DNA of 64,000 nt from Trichoplax sp. H2 (taxonomy: Eukaryota). The position numbers were made by a program, and so were the translations under genes. Below, piece after piece: positions 14,501-27,769 of this stretch. The stretch spans positions 434,001 to 498,000 of the forward strand of contig NOWV01000023.1 in NCBI GenBank assembly GCA_003344405.1, in the 5' to 3' direction. Positions within the stretch are counted from its first letter, which is position 1. Every line of letters starts with the position of its first letter. Below the pieces are notes generated by a model that did not search any database, was not told the DNA's origin, and was given only the letters and a program-made list of their open reading frames with translations.

Positions 14501-17500
14501 AACAACGAAGGAAAGAGTATCATAACAGCATAAGAATTGATTATTAATGCCTTTGGTTTTAGTCATATCTGATTTTTGCTTATTCTATCACTTGAAAGAT
14601 CATTCAGTCATATCAAGTAAGTATTGTATAAGTATCAGCATCTATAGCATTTACTACAATGTTTCCTTTACTCTTTTAATATAATAAAGTTAAATTGATA
14701 GCTACCGGTAGAACAGACTCAATGATCTTTTCATTACTAAATTTTGAAAATTTTGGTTCCAATAATGTTGCATTTGGTCATTTGCGATCAATAAATACAG
14801 GCATATTTTATATTTTGTCCTTTTGACCATTATTTGACAATTCTAGTCGTATAATCTACCGCATAAGCTGGATACTCAATTAATCTAAATATGGTATCTA
14901 TTGAATTCTTGAAATTTTCAATAACAAGAAGAATTGTGCTGTATCGAATGTTCATATTCAATTAATCTTGATACATAACCTATTACAGTCTTGAAATATT
15001 CAATAACAAGAACAATTATACCATATCAGATGTAGATTTGGGTCCGACTTATCAATATTTCTAGAAAAATAAGCCATGCTATATTATTTTTAAATCATCT
15101 ATGTCTGGCATTATTTGCATTATGAACGAATTTTCATCGATATATCATCAAAGGTGTTGTTCCATCCGTGATAAAAGCCTTTCTTTTTAATTAGTATTAT
15201 AGTGTAGGCCTGATGGCTACCTACTATATGATAATATAGTATATTTCAGTAATTTTACTATGTTTAATTGATTTGCAATATTCCTTCAATTTATTTGATC
15301 ATCTTACCAAAATATAGCGAGTAAATGAAAAGGCGAAAATTTTCCGAATCTCATTCGAAAATAGTTTCTGTAGATGTAACAATTATTATAAAGTTAGAAT
15401 TCATTAAATTTAAGCCTTATATTTTACGGATACCCATTTTAGATGTAGGGATACTATCAATAATATAGGCTATAATACTGTAATTTAGATGATTTCATGA
15501 CTGCCCGGTTTAAAATAAACGAGAAAGGTCCTAGAAATTGATAGCTTCAAGGAATAATATAATCCAGGCATTATAAGTTATTATGCGAAATTGCTTAGTA
15601 GATGATGTCCATTTTAATATAGCTTTAAATCAACATCAACGTTGCTTATTTCCTGTTGCAGCTGTTATTGATATTTATTTAGGCAAAGCGATAAAACTAA
15701 CCAAATACCAGTATGTTGTTAGACAGAGTGATAATCAACGATTTATACCGGTATGCTAACTTAATGGGCTCCTATAATAGCAATCAAAGCTAAAATAATT
15801 TTTACTGAGGTCAATTCTTATGTTACTTAGTTTCGTTTAAAACCCATGATTTCATCTATTTAACTATTGATAGATTAATTTAATCTTTTCATCGTGTATC
15901 TATTCGATTTTACGATGTTACACTGTCACACTAACGATTAAAATAATAATGAAAAAGTAAATTACTATATATTTTGATACCGTTTTAGTAGCATAAATAA
16001 CTGAGATTTATCTGGGTATCAAGTGCTGTCGTCGTGGGCTCGCATAGCATATTACTAATATATAATCACCGTAATTCCTCTGTTTACTCTGCTTCCAACT
16101 CAGCTTGAAATAATGCTAATCTATAAAATCGTAGTTGCAGGGCTATTGGAAGCTTTTTCTAAAGATAAATAGTAAAGAAATGGAAGATTTTAGAACTTTA
16201 TATTGATCACTTAACACGCAAAATCCGCTTGTTTCGATATTAAATTGTTGATGCCAAATTTCTTCAGGACCTAGCAAAATAATGTATGATTCGCCTATTT
16301 TATAACAGTCTTAAAATAGCATGATATTAGATTAAAATAAAGAAGAGAGGCACGAAAGTATTGAAGCTGAAAGGTTTAGAATTTATGTACATACAAAATA
16401 CATTCAGATCATTTATCTTGTTGAATGATGTATCGATACAATTACTCAATGTGCTATTGATGAGTTGGGTTGTAATGGAGATGCTTCCATGCGATTAAAA
16501 TTAAGGCAAACCTCTTATATGAAAGCTCTTGTAGTGAGTATCTTGGTAATTTTAATTGCGGTATGTGTTTAGAATAGGGCATACTGAAGTACCGTATAAA
16601 TTATTTATCACGTCGTGCAAACTGCTTATGTTGATGCCATCAAAATTTGGAGCTTACTGGATTATATGTCAACTCAAGAATTTATATTTATTGTTATGGA
16701 TTATACTTATAAAAGGTGGGACTAACTAAAATTGCCTGAGATCATATAACCAGTAATGGAAGGATTTCATTTTTACACTAACATTAATAGACGGTTAATA
16801 AACAGTATAGATAAGGAGTCGTAATACTTGAATTTAAATTGAGGAATCAAACCACTGAAAAAGAAAGGTTTTATAAAGTGGTTAAAGAAACGGAGGAAGT
16901 TGATTATATAGAGACTTTCAGAAATAACTACCAAGCAATTTCACGGTAACCGCATATAAAAGGTTTTCAATTGATTGACATTATAGCACAGTATCATACG
17001 ATACTATCCACTATTAGCATCAATAAGCTATATCATGCAGAAAAATTGTAACAGTTAGGGCTAAATTATTCTATAAGCCTAATTTAGTCCACAATAATTG
17101 AGCCGAATGGCCTTCTCACTTTTTCTCGAGTTATTTTAGTGTAACAACAGATTTGCATAGCATTTGTAACAGTCACTGTATTCTAAAAGTGATTTATGCG
17201 TATTTTGCAGTTAGTATTCGGTGATAGATTGATTATATATCCATACTCACTTATTAAATTTGGATAGAAAGTAAGGAGATAAGTAAAGACTAAATTAAAA
17301 TTTGGGGATATGTTTGATGTATTTAATGCTCTAAGTTCAATGATACTGCTGGATCTACGAGTTTTCTTTATTTAATCTTTTGTATAAAACAATATGTTTG
17401 TTATTCTAAATTTGTCAAAAAATCGATTAAATATTTAATTTTAGCATAAAACTGATAAATAGCCACATTATGTTTACTTCTTATTTTCTTAAGTTCATTT

Positions 17501-20500
17501 CAATCTTTATTCTCTTTGTTTTTTATAGTTGGCGTCTCGATATGCTGTTAAAAGTTTAGTTGAATTAATTAGCGAAAAAAGACAAATCTTTGGCTTTCTT
17601 GGACCAGTTTCATCGTCATGCTGTGAAGGTACAGCAGCTGTGGCTCCATTTTGGAATCTGATACAGGTTAATTGAAAATTTGAAGCCGATTGTTTTTTAT
17701 TTAATTTTGATCAGACTGCTTGTATTAATATAATAAATGCTTCAAAATGTTTTGTATTTCACATTGAAATCACCAAACTCGATATCAATAGTAAGAATTT
17801 TAGAAATTATTAATGTCACTCAATTATATTTACAATGCTCTCTTATGGTTTGACAATATTTTCAAAGATAAAATGCTATAATATTAAAGTAGCATATTTG
17901 TCTATAAACTCCGCATCGTATAAGCTTATGATACTATATCCAACTCTTGAACACACAATTACCTGGTTATATTTCAATACGGTGCAATTGAATAGCGTTT
18001 AAAGCAACATTATACTATAGTTATAATTGACTAATAGATTCAAATATATTCACCATTACCACAGCAATTGCCTTTTTACGGATTTCAATGGCTTGCTATT
18101 TTTAAGGCGATTTTAATGTTAGCTAGCAATTAGAAACGTTCAATACTATTTATTACAGGTAGCAATGATTTATAATGTAATATACTTTTGATTAGTTCAT
18201 TATTAACTTTAATCCTGCTATTTAGGAATATCGATTTTTATCTAGCAAGTTGCATTGTCTGATTTAGTTTAAAAGTTAAATACTGTAATATGAGCATAGT
18301 AGGATAGATAAATAATTTTAGCTACGCTTATAAGGGCATATGTTAACAATAAAATAAGCACTTCTGATAAGGGACAGTGTACGAAATTGATCTTAAATAT
18401 AGAATGCAAGCATAGTCATTAATATGAAATTTTAAGAAGATCTACTTTCATACTTAGTTACTTTTTGGCCAAGTCTGTCTTAGTTTTTAGACCGTTTCGA
18501 TGTTGAAACTCATATTTAATATTAATGTATTAATGCAGTATGAATTTAACTAGTAGGTCATGTCAAGATATTATCTCTTCGATATATTATTAAATTTATT
18601 ATCTACTCTTATGTACAAGTATGAGTAGGATTCAGCAAATCACAAAGAATCATATGATCTAAGAAATTAAATAAATTAATTGATGGTATTAGTGACGCGT
18701 TTATCTAGGCTCATTTGTAGTTTTATCATGTGATTACTTTAGTTATGCAATGTTTAGTATTTTCATATCGGTAATTTTCTTATATTAAATTTTTGCGTTA
18801 AATTTGTGCTATATTTACGAAGAATTAATATGATTAATAGATTATGTCTCAGTATTATTTTCTTTTTATGCTTTCAAAATATACAGTGCGACTATAGGTA
18901 GGTCTTGTCAATGTGAAGGAAATTAAATTAATTAAGTTGAATGTCTTAATTCAAAAAACTGCTGACAAGTTCATTCAATTATCATTTACAGTTTCGATGT
19001 AAGATTTTCGGTCGTATTTTTATTAATTTCCAAGTGTTCCTTATATTTATTATTATATTAAATAATGATACTGTATATTTGGATAACGTGAATATATTTA
19101 ATAGAATACATCTCAAAGCCATTTTATTGTAATGTTTTCGCGTTATAAATGTGAGTATGATATAATTTCAGCAATCTATATGGGATTACATAATGAGCTT
19201 GCTGAAAAATTAATTTACAGCACTAATCGGGGAGTTATCTAATTTTATTTAAAGTTGATGCGTTCTTGAAATTGTTTTGCTAATTCTTATAGGCAATTAG
19301 CTAACAATTTGTTATTTAACTTGGTTTCAGATCTCGAATGGGTGTACGTCGGTTTCACTTGGTAACAATAAACTTTATCCGCTGTTCTATCGAATGACGC
19401 TAAATGATACATCTTATAATGGTGTATTGGTGGATATCTTCCAAAAAATGAATTGGACAAGCGCGGGAGTTATTAATTATCAAGACTTTACCTTTACAAG
19501 TGTATGCTATGACATTAATTTTTCATAAATTTTGATTTAACTAGTGTAGATTAAATGTTAATGATCAATTCGAATAATAAATGGCTTCACGTTCGTTTAA
19601 TTTTAATCTTAAATTTTTGATCGAAAATTTTACAATATGAAATATAATATTTTCTCTTGTACCATTTTTGCTATTAAAGATAACGGAAGATTTAGTCGCA
19701 CAATTCAAGAAGGTTGGCATTGACTATGATATTCAAAGTTTCGCTATTGATCCCGTGGCTAGAGTTGATAAGTTAAAGGTAGCTTCACCTTGTTAGCGCA
19801 AAGTGTTATTGTTGTAGACGAAATCATCTGATTTTGACAATAACGATAGGGGTTAAATATTTCGATATTTCAATTAATTTTTAATAGTAGGAAAGGCAGT
19901 CTTAGCAATAATTTAATTCATAAAATTATCCTTAGTAATATATTAATTATCTTAATTGGTCATGTTTTTATAATATCAATTCTATTTACATACTCTGCGT
20001 GAGCAATAATGTTTCAATATTTGTCTAAATCATCACGGACATCTACTTAGACATCGAATTAGTAAATTGATAATTAAAAAATCTTACTGTTGAAACTAAG
20101 ATATGCAGTATAAATGCATAATTTGCGCTTTTGTTGCATAATTTAACACATAGTTGAAATTATCCACGCGACTAATATTAGGACTTAAGTTTAAAATATA
20201 CCTATTAAGATTAAATCTTAAATTTTTCGCTTTATTCAGCGTTGTTTCCTTCATTAATACTTCTACGGTAATTAGGATGCTGATACGCGAATCTATGTTC
20301 TCTATGTCTATCCTGCACAAGCCATTAGAATTATATGTAGGGTAAGTATACGATTTTGGATTGCATTCGAAATTTGCGACTGTGAATATACTATCGGCAG
20401 CACGATATTCTCTTACGAAGATATAAGATGCTCCATCATTAATTTATGCAACTATAAATAATTACCCAGTATCGAACGGAAGTTCATCGATGATAGCTAC

Positions 20501-23500
20501 AAAGCTAAGAGACGATATCTTTGCTATTTTTAAGTTTACTTAAGGAGTAGTACACCTGATAGTCTTAAGTAACGAGCATAATTTATTAATCGTCTTGTTT
20601 TTAGGCTTATGAATTAAACATGTTTGGACCTGGTCATGTCTGGTTTTTACCAGAATGGTATGGTTCATTGTGGTATGATAATGAGATTCATGCGGTGAAT
20701 TGTTCTAGAAATCAAATTCGACAAACCTTAGATGGCTCATTTGGATTACAACAAGTTTTTCTTTCGTCAGATAATTTGACGACTATTTCAGGCTTGGTAA
20801 ACTACGTAATTAACGATAAGATCGAGCTAATTCTCAGTCAAACAATTGTTAATCTCTTAAATTGCAATTCATTCTCTACATATTAGAATATCGATATTGC
20901 TTACTTAAATATCAATACTGTAATTAATTAATTATTTAGACACCACAACAGTATGTGGATCAGTATTTGGCGATATCTCCATCTAAACAAATTCGCGATG
21001 AGAATACGTTGAGTTTTGATTCCCTTTGGGCGTTTGCTCTTGCCCTGAATCGAACTGATGCAATATTGAGAGAAACTAACGAAAATTTAACTCAATTTAC
21101 TTATAATGATACAAGAATAAGAAATTTACTTTATTCGTCGTTATCTAATCTTACTTTCGACGGAATAAGTGTAAGTTCTACGAAAAGATATTATACCATT
21201 GACTTTATGATACGAATATTCTAAATATCTTTCGTATAGTAAATGCTATTCTTTAAGATATGCATATAATATAATAATTTCAAATTGAGTACTGCAAAAC
21301 TTGATATCAGTGATATTATAATTATATACTTGTAAGATTGAAATATCATAGGCTTAATTAATATCTCCTTTAGGGGAGAGTGGCGTTTGTTGATGGTGAT
21401 AGGACAGGGGATATTGAAATAAGCCAATATCAAGGTAATAAAAGGATAACGTTGTGCAGTGATGCAGTACATTTAAATAAAAGAATTTCGTCTGTTAAGC
21501 TTAACTGTAGTAATGTAGTACTGTACTGTGATCATTTCCTGATTCTGGGTTAAACTATTAGAGTAGAAGATTACTTCCAAGTCGAGACAAAACTATTAAT
21601 TATCGCTACCTACAAAAGCGCAATACCCAAAAAATTAAGTACGGAAACTGTATTATTATATCCAAATTAATCTGGAATTTATTACGGCTTTACAGTAGGC
21701 GTGAACCCTAATAAGAACACTGTTGTCGGACTATATTCAAGCAAAGATGATAGAACCTATCTTAATCGAACAAATTTTATTCGATGGCCAGGTAAGTAGT
21801 CATAGTACCCAATCCACTAAATGGGCAATTACTGCCTAATTTTAATGAATTTTCGTGATTACCTTGCTAAGAAATACTGATAGCGGATAAATCTCTTTTA
21901 AGATGTTTAATTATGATTAGCCCAGATACTGTATCGATAATTAAAAGTCATATAGAATTATTTGTTTTTACAAATGATAGATAAGTTTGAATAATAGTTT
22001 TTATGATAATCATATCCAATTTTGTTAGACAAAGAGATAAAAGTAATTGCTAATAGTCATAGTGCTCATAATAACTGCAGCAAGAAAAGATTTTGTTTTC
22101 ACTACTTAAATTTTATTTAATCTCTAAATATTTATGAACGTAAAGCCATTTACAAGAACTAATTTGCACATTTAGTTATTTGTAGATATATAGTAATAAA
22201 AATAACAGGAAATTTTACATCGTAAAATTTCATAGATTCCGTAATCAGCACAGCTGTTGTATTGTTATCCAATTATCAAGTAATATCGGTATCTATTCTC
22301 TATTATAATTTTAGGTGGCAAGGTACCTGTAGGTGCCATAACTGTCGTAGTATACAGCTTAACAGTGTCTATTCCTGTCTTTATTGTGTTTACTACTCTA
22401 TCATTCATTGGAATACTTTCAGCGATGTACTTCCTTTATTTCAATACCAGTAACAGGCATATTAGGTAGGGCATCTCTTTACTTAATTTATTTGAATTAA
22501 TTGTTGCATAATATAAAAATACGAACGAAATGCTAGAATTGTTCTATTACAATGCTTGCAATACGTTTAGATATGCTAAATTATTCCGTGTAGTACTCTA
22601 TTGGAGTTAGCATTATTTTGAATGCATTTATCTAATTCATACGTAATTAAGTCAAACAAAATATACTCAATTGAATATGTAATAAATTAGGGGTTAAATG
22701 GTTAGTGCATGCTTGTTTATATCGTTTTTTATTTAATATGCTCGAAGATTATAATTAAGGATCTATATGTATTTTCGAAAGTTATTATCTTTACAGCAAA
22801 CCTGGTTGTGACCTTTAGAGATATTGTAATACAGTATTATCCCAAATTAATTTTCTATTATAGTTATTTTTACATCTTTTCTTAGAATAAAGTATTAATA
22901 TAGTTTGTTGATTCGTCCTCTTAAGAGCAATTAAGATGTCCAGTCCAAACATGAACAATATCCTGGTTCTAGGTTGCATCTTATGCTACGCTTCACTGAT
23001 AATCTACGGCCTTGATGCGGGTTTAGTGGATTCGCAAGCGATTTCACACAGCTGTATCGCTTATGGCTGGATTTTATGCTTTGGCTTTACTCTATCATTT
23101 GGTTCGTTGTTCTCTAAAACTTGGAGAGTTTATAGAATTTACTCAACTGGCTATAAGAAAAAAATAGTATGTTAAAAACAAGAAATACCCTTTCTGTTGT
23201 ACTAATTGAAATTGTAGGAGCATTACATTAATTTTAGTGGCTAATGCAATTTCACTTATCCTATTCTAGATTTATCGAAGTAAAGTTTTTAAGTAAATGT
23301 ACTTTTATAGTGTAATTTATTATGACTACACCAAGCAATGCAAGCACATCGATATGAACATAAATTATATTTTGTTATCGATAGATTATAAGGGACAAAA
23401 GATTGGTATTGTGGATAATTGTTTTGGCTATTATTGATACTTGCTTACTATTGCTTTGGATGTATCTTGATCCAGTTACAGTAAAAATTGTCGAGTCTCA

Positions 23501-25445
23501 ACCAAAGGTAATATAAATTCAGCATTAAATGACCCTAAGTGGCTTGATATATTACAGAAAGAATCACTAGTTCTTTTGCTTTCTTATTTTAAAACAATAT
23601 TATAGCCCTATAATTCACTTTATATAGCGCTTTAAACTTAACTAATGCAAAAAATGATCACTGATCTGATTTATTTTGATAAGACATAAAGTACTAATAG
23701 TATTTCTCTTTTAATAAAAAGACAAATCCATTTGAAAATCCTGACATGAGAATTCGTTATAAGACTGTAATATGTTACAACAGTCAAAAAGCAATATGGC
23801 TGGGTATAATCTATGGGTATAAGTTTCTGTTCCTACTGTTTGGAGCTTTTTTGGCATGGGAAACTCGTAACGTTCACATACGCGAATTAAATGATTCAAG
23901 ATATATTGGTATGTCGGTGTATAACGTTTTCGTCATTTCAGCCATTGGAGCCTTATTAAACGAATTTGTTGTTGCCACACCAACAGTCAAATACGTAATG
24001 ATTGCGATTTTGACTTTGCTGGGTACAACTATTACTCTATGTTTGGTCTTTGTGCCCAAGGTAAATTCTAATTCATCGCTGTTCATAATCTAATTTCCCA
24101 CAGTGCTACTATCTTGGACTAAGACTGACAGCAGTTATGTTGTTAAAAAATTCTATCCGTCAATTGATTCATGATAAAATTAATATTAGCAAGTTTTTAT
24201 TAGAGTAGATTTATATTAATCAACGAAACTGTTTTCTGATTTAGAAATAGAATCGAATACAAGCACTGATAATTTACAATTTAGTGTGATACTATTTTCA
24301 CCGTACACAATACCGTCGAATTTTAGTTTAGTTGGAGATTGTAAGCTTTAAAAGCATTCCATAGGCATAACTTTTTTGGCTATATATATTATATAAAACA
24401 CTTAGAACGGTAAAAAACACTGGTAAGATTTGATAGAATCTGCATTCAAGTTCAGTAGTTCTCTAGACCGTCCATTCTTTCCACTTAGATTCAAATTAAG
24501 CAAAAAAATTTTAACTGACATAAATATCGTTTGGGAAACAGCTACAACTATGATAGCACAGTGTTGTACAGGATTATACTCCATTTTTTTTGGCTAGGTA
24601 GCACTTTTTACTTGCGCAATGATGTTTAAGAATTTGCTTTTTTAAGCCATAAATTTTCATACAAATGCTTGCAGATATTAGAAAGCGATAGTGGTTATTT
24701 ATAAGAAATTAATATATTATCAGAATATTATATGAGTGTCACAAACCAGCTTCGTGACAAGGATAACGTAAAACAAATCTCTAAATTACTATAGTCTCCG
24801 GGATTCAGTATCCCTTAACTACCTCACAAGAATTTAGACGCCTTTGATTCTACGTTAAAACAACTATACAATTGAGAACTGCTTTATTCAACTATCTGAC
24901 GATTTTATATACCCTTTTACAGCAGCTAACATTCACAAGTCATCTTATAAAAATACTTGTGTGAGAACATCTACTAACTAATTTTTCACAGTCGGACTAC
25001 AATATGTCGATTCACAGAATCATTTCAGTACACATTACAGCACAGCAATAAATTTACTGTAACACATTTATAATTAGAGTAATTCCTATTGTAAGGGACT
25101 AGATGTAATATATTATCACTATATTATATTAACCAAATTTAGATAACTATTTCTTTACGGTAGTTCGTACCGTGATAATGAGACATGCTGCATTTTAATA
25201 TTAGGCTTGTTGTCGAAATTACTATAGCCTTTGTATAGATAATCTTAAGTTGATATTGCAAAATTGTTTAGGTAAGGCGATGGAAAAGTGATCCACTAGG
25301 TAAAGTAGAGCAAACTCGAACTAGATTCGGTAACGCAAATCGAACAGCTTTAGGAGCGGATCGAACTAGCCAGATTGAGACTCCAGCATCGGATAACTTG
25401 ATTGAAGAATTCCGTAAAGCCTCAAAATCTAGCTCGAACGATTAA
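11567..25445 (+). CDS. GABA-B receptor-like class C GPCR (signal peptide, Venus flytrap domain, 7TM), 14 exons, about 765 aa
   Basis: Exons 11567-11785, 17529-17666, 19331-19501, 19680-19778, 20276-20341, 20605-20796, 20940-21170, 21374-21434, 21699-21791, 22315-22465, 22926-23166, 23385-23507, 23722-24060, 25272-25445; total 2298 nt in frame. Motifs INQRDDILPDYNL, FLGP, WNLIQIS, LYPLFYR, MFGPGHVWFLPEWY, FDSLWAFALALN, FDGISGRVAF, IKMSSPNMNN, KTWRV, WETRNV, LNDSRYIGMSVYN, VFVPK. No cysteine-rich domain between flytrap and 7TM, as in GABA-B receptors. The last exon is the least certain. Confidence 0.93.
14907..15033. repeat. Two degenerate copies of an about 45-bp unit (TCTTGAAAT-TTCAATAACAAGAA...) 82 bp apart in GPCR intron 1
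   Basis: Copies start at 14907 and 14989; read directly. Confidence 0.7.
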
Positions 25446-27620
25446 TGTTGAACAAGCAAATGTCATGCTACAAACATGATTACATGGCTATTTTTGACTC
25501 GAGTTGTTCATCAATCACGTTTAAACAGAAATATACATTTATGATAAATCTTAAGTTTGCCACCTAAATCTGCAAAATTGATAGAAAATCTTGCAACCTT
25601 TTTTCTTTATTCGGCATCCATACAAAGGATATTGACTGAATTATAGATCAGAGTAAACGAAAAACTGAATTATTTATAGCTCTTCTAATTCTAATTAAAT
25701 ATTCAAATGAAATTAAACCTTATACCCATAAATTGCTTTCATAAATCAAAAATAATCATTTAATAGATGTCTGGTTAATATCTCTATATAGCAAAGCCTT
25801 AATTTATTAATTTTTAATATTTCCTCACTACTACTGAATTATTATTATTAATAATAGATTACTGTTTTGTATACACATAGATAGATGGTGTTTACTACGA
25901 TACGACTGACGTAAATACACTTACTTACCGTTCTTTTCGTTATTCTTAGCTTATTTCAGAACTTGTTAAAATTTATAAATTTTTCCTAAATATATATATT
26001 TACGTTATATTCATAAACCTTTTGCAATCGTGCAATTTATTAGATAGTTACAATTTACGGCACGATTTACCGTTTAATTTCGAAAATATTTTTATTTGTT
26101 AAACTAAATCAATTGGTATTACTATACGTGTATACATACTTACAAACTTTATGTATCGTTATAGTCTTTTACAAGTTCTTGCAACATGTATAATTATTTT
26201 AAGAGTAGGGCACCTTTATTTGCCTATGTATTCGCTATGACGATTTGCCTTGAGTTACAAGATTGTTAAATAAATCTGATTAATAGAATCTATATTTCAT
26301 TACTTGAAGTGGTAATAAAGCAAATAATTTTACCTTTACTAAAGTATTGAAATGATCAAAAGTATCTTGAGATCATCAGGATTATTCAGGCTTAAGTCCA
26401 CATATCTGTATTTAGAGATTCATTTTTGGTGATTGTTTATTGAGGCAATGGTACGAGCAGTCATAGAAAAATTAGCTACGATGAATAAATGATAATATAT
26501 CGTAATCAGATGATGACAGCGTACATTTCTAGGATCATTTTAGTGCGCTTTATAATCCATTTAAAGTGGACAAAATTATAAAAGTCTCCATGACTGAATT
26601 TTATCGTTAAACTTCGCCTTTTAGGTTTGTAGTTATCATGCAAAGCGCCGTTCGTTCTGTCAAAATCTAATTAATATCATGCTGTAGGTACTTACCTGTT
26701 AAGAGAAAACTCAGGAATTTAATTTAATTTACTAATTACAGTATAAAATATTTGACTTACTGTCAATTAACGTACGTTCGAGGTAGAAATGTGGAAAATA
26801 ATGTGATATTCGGGAATTTTATGTTTTAGTATTTATATTTACTTCAACCCTTCCTAGTTGAATGTATGCCTACAACTGCACCACTGTTCTTAGTAAAGTC
26901 AAGCTTTAAAGCTACCGCATTAACTAGATCTATAAATGACCAATAATGAGAGAATTAGCTAAATCACGGATTGATAGTTTAGTCAGTACACTCGCAAGAA
27001 ATATATATATTTATTAAGAATGCACAAAAAGAGTTCATTTTGAATAGATTATTTATGATGGATATCTCTACAATGTAGATTGGGATGTACCTACATTTTT
27101 GATTAAATAAGGTTTTTATTTTTCTGTTCACATTGTAATTTCTGCTAGTTATAGTATTTATACATGTGGAAAGTATGATGTTAATACAAAGCAGAGTATT
27201 ATCGGTATATGAAGTAGTGTAAGGAAGTTTAATCTATTCGTAGCAGTGAAAAATGATATAGATTTGAGGTTTAGACAGTAGGCGTTATCAGCGCCGTTAT
27301 ATGTAATTAACTCTACTTTGTTTGTTACTGGGAGTAACTTTTAAATCTAGGACATGCTAAACTGTTAATTGGTTCCTACATCGGCTTCCATGTCGAAATG
27401 ATAGATAACAAATATCAAGGAATTTTGCCGCTTTTTACAGTTATTAATAGATGCTGAATTTTTAATTTTTTCTTTGGCTTTATTTAACGCACTCGGAATC
27501 ATTGATGAAGAAGCAATTTTTTAGTTAGGTCATAGTAAGTGTAAATTAAATTACCATAAGTGTACTACGAATGCAATTAATATTTGTTAATTCTTTATTT
27601 CCTGTATGTGTTGGTTGGAG

Positions 27621-27769
27621 GCATATGTTACATAATGTGTAGAGAAAATTACTCAGCGAAAAAAGGGCAAAAATTAGTTTGTTGTTGTTCTAATGATTAC
27701 TGCAACAATAACAACCGATCTATAACCCATCTGCTGGCTTTCGCCTGCGGACCACTCCAACAGTTTTAA
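27621..27769 (+). other. Candidate terminal exon (or relic) of a Ly6/uPAR three-finger-like small protein
   Basis: After AG at 27619-27620 the frame reads (G)ICYIMCRENYSAKKGQKLVCCCSNDYCNNNNRSITHLLAFACGPLQQF*, containing the CCxxDxCN signature; upstream exons not resolved. Confidence 0.4.

Noticed and set aside
24675..24704. Alternative GPCR terminal exon after GCAG at 24674 (ILESDSGYL*)
   Set aside because: Stops after nine codons; exon 25272-25445 gives a more family-like PKVRRWKSDP continuation. Not excluded without RNA data.
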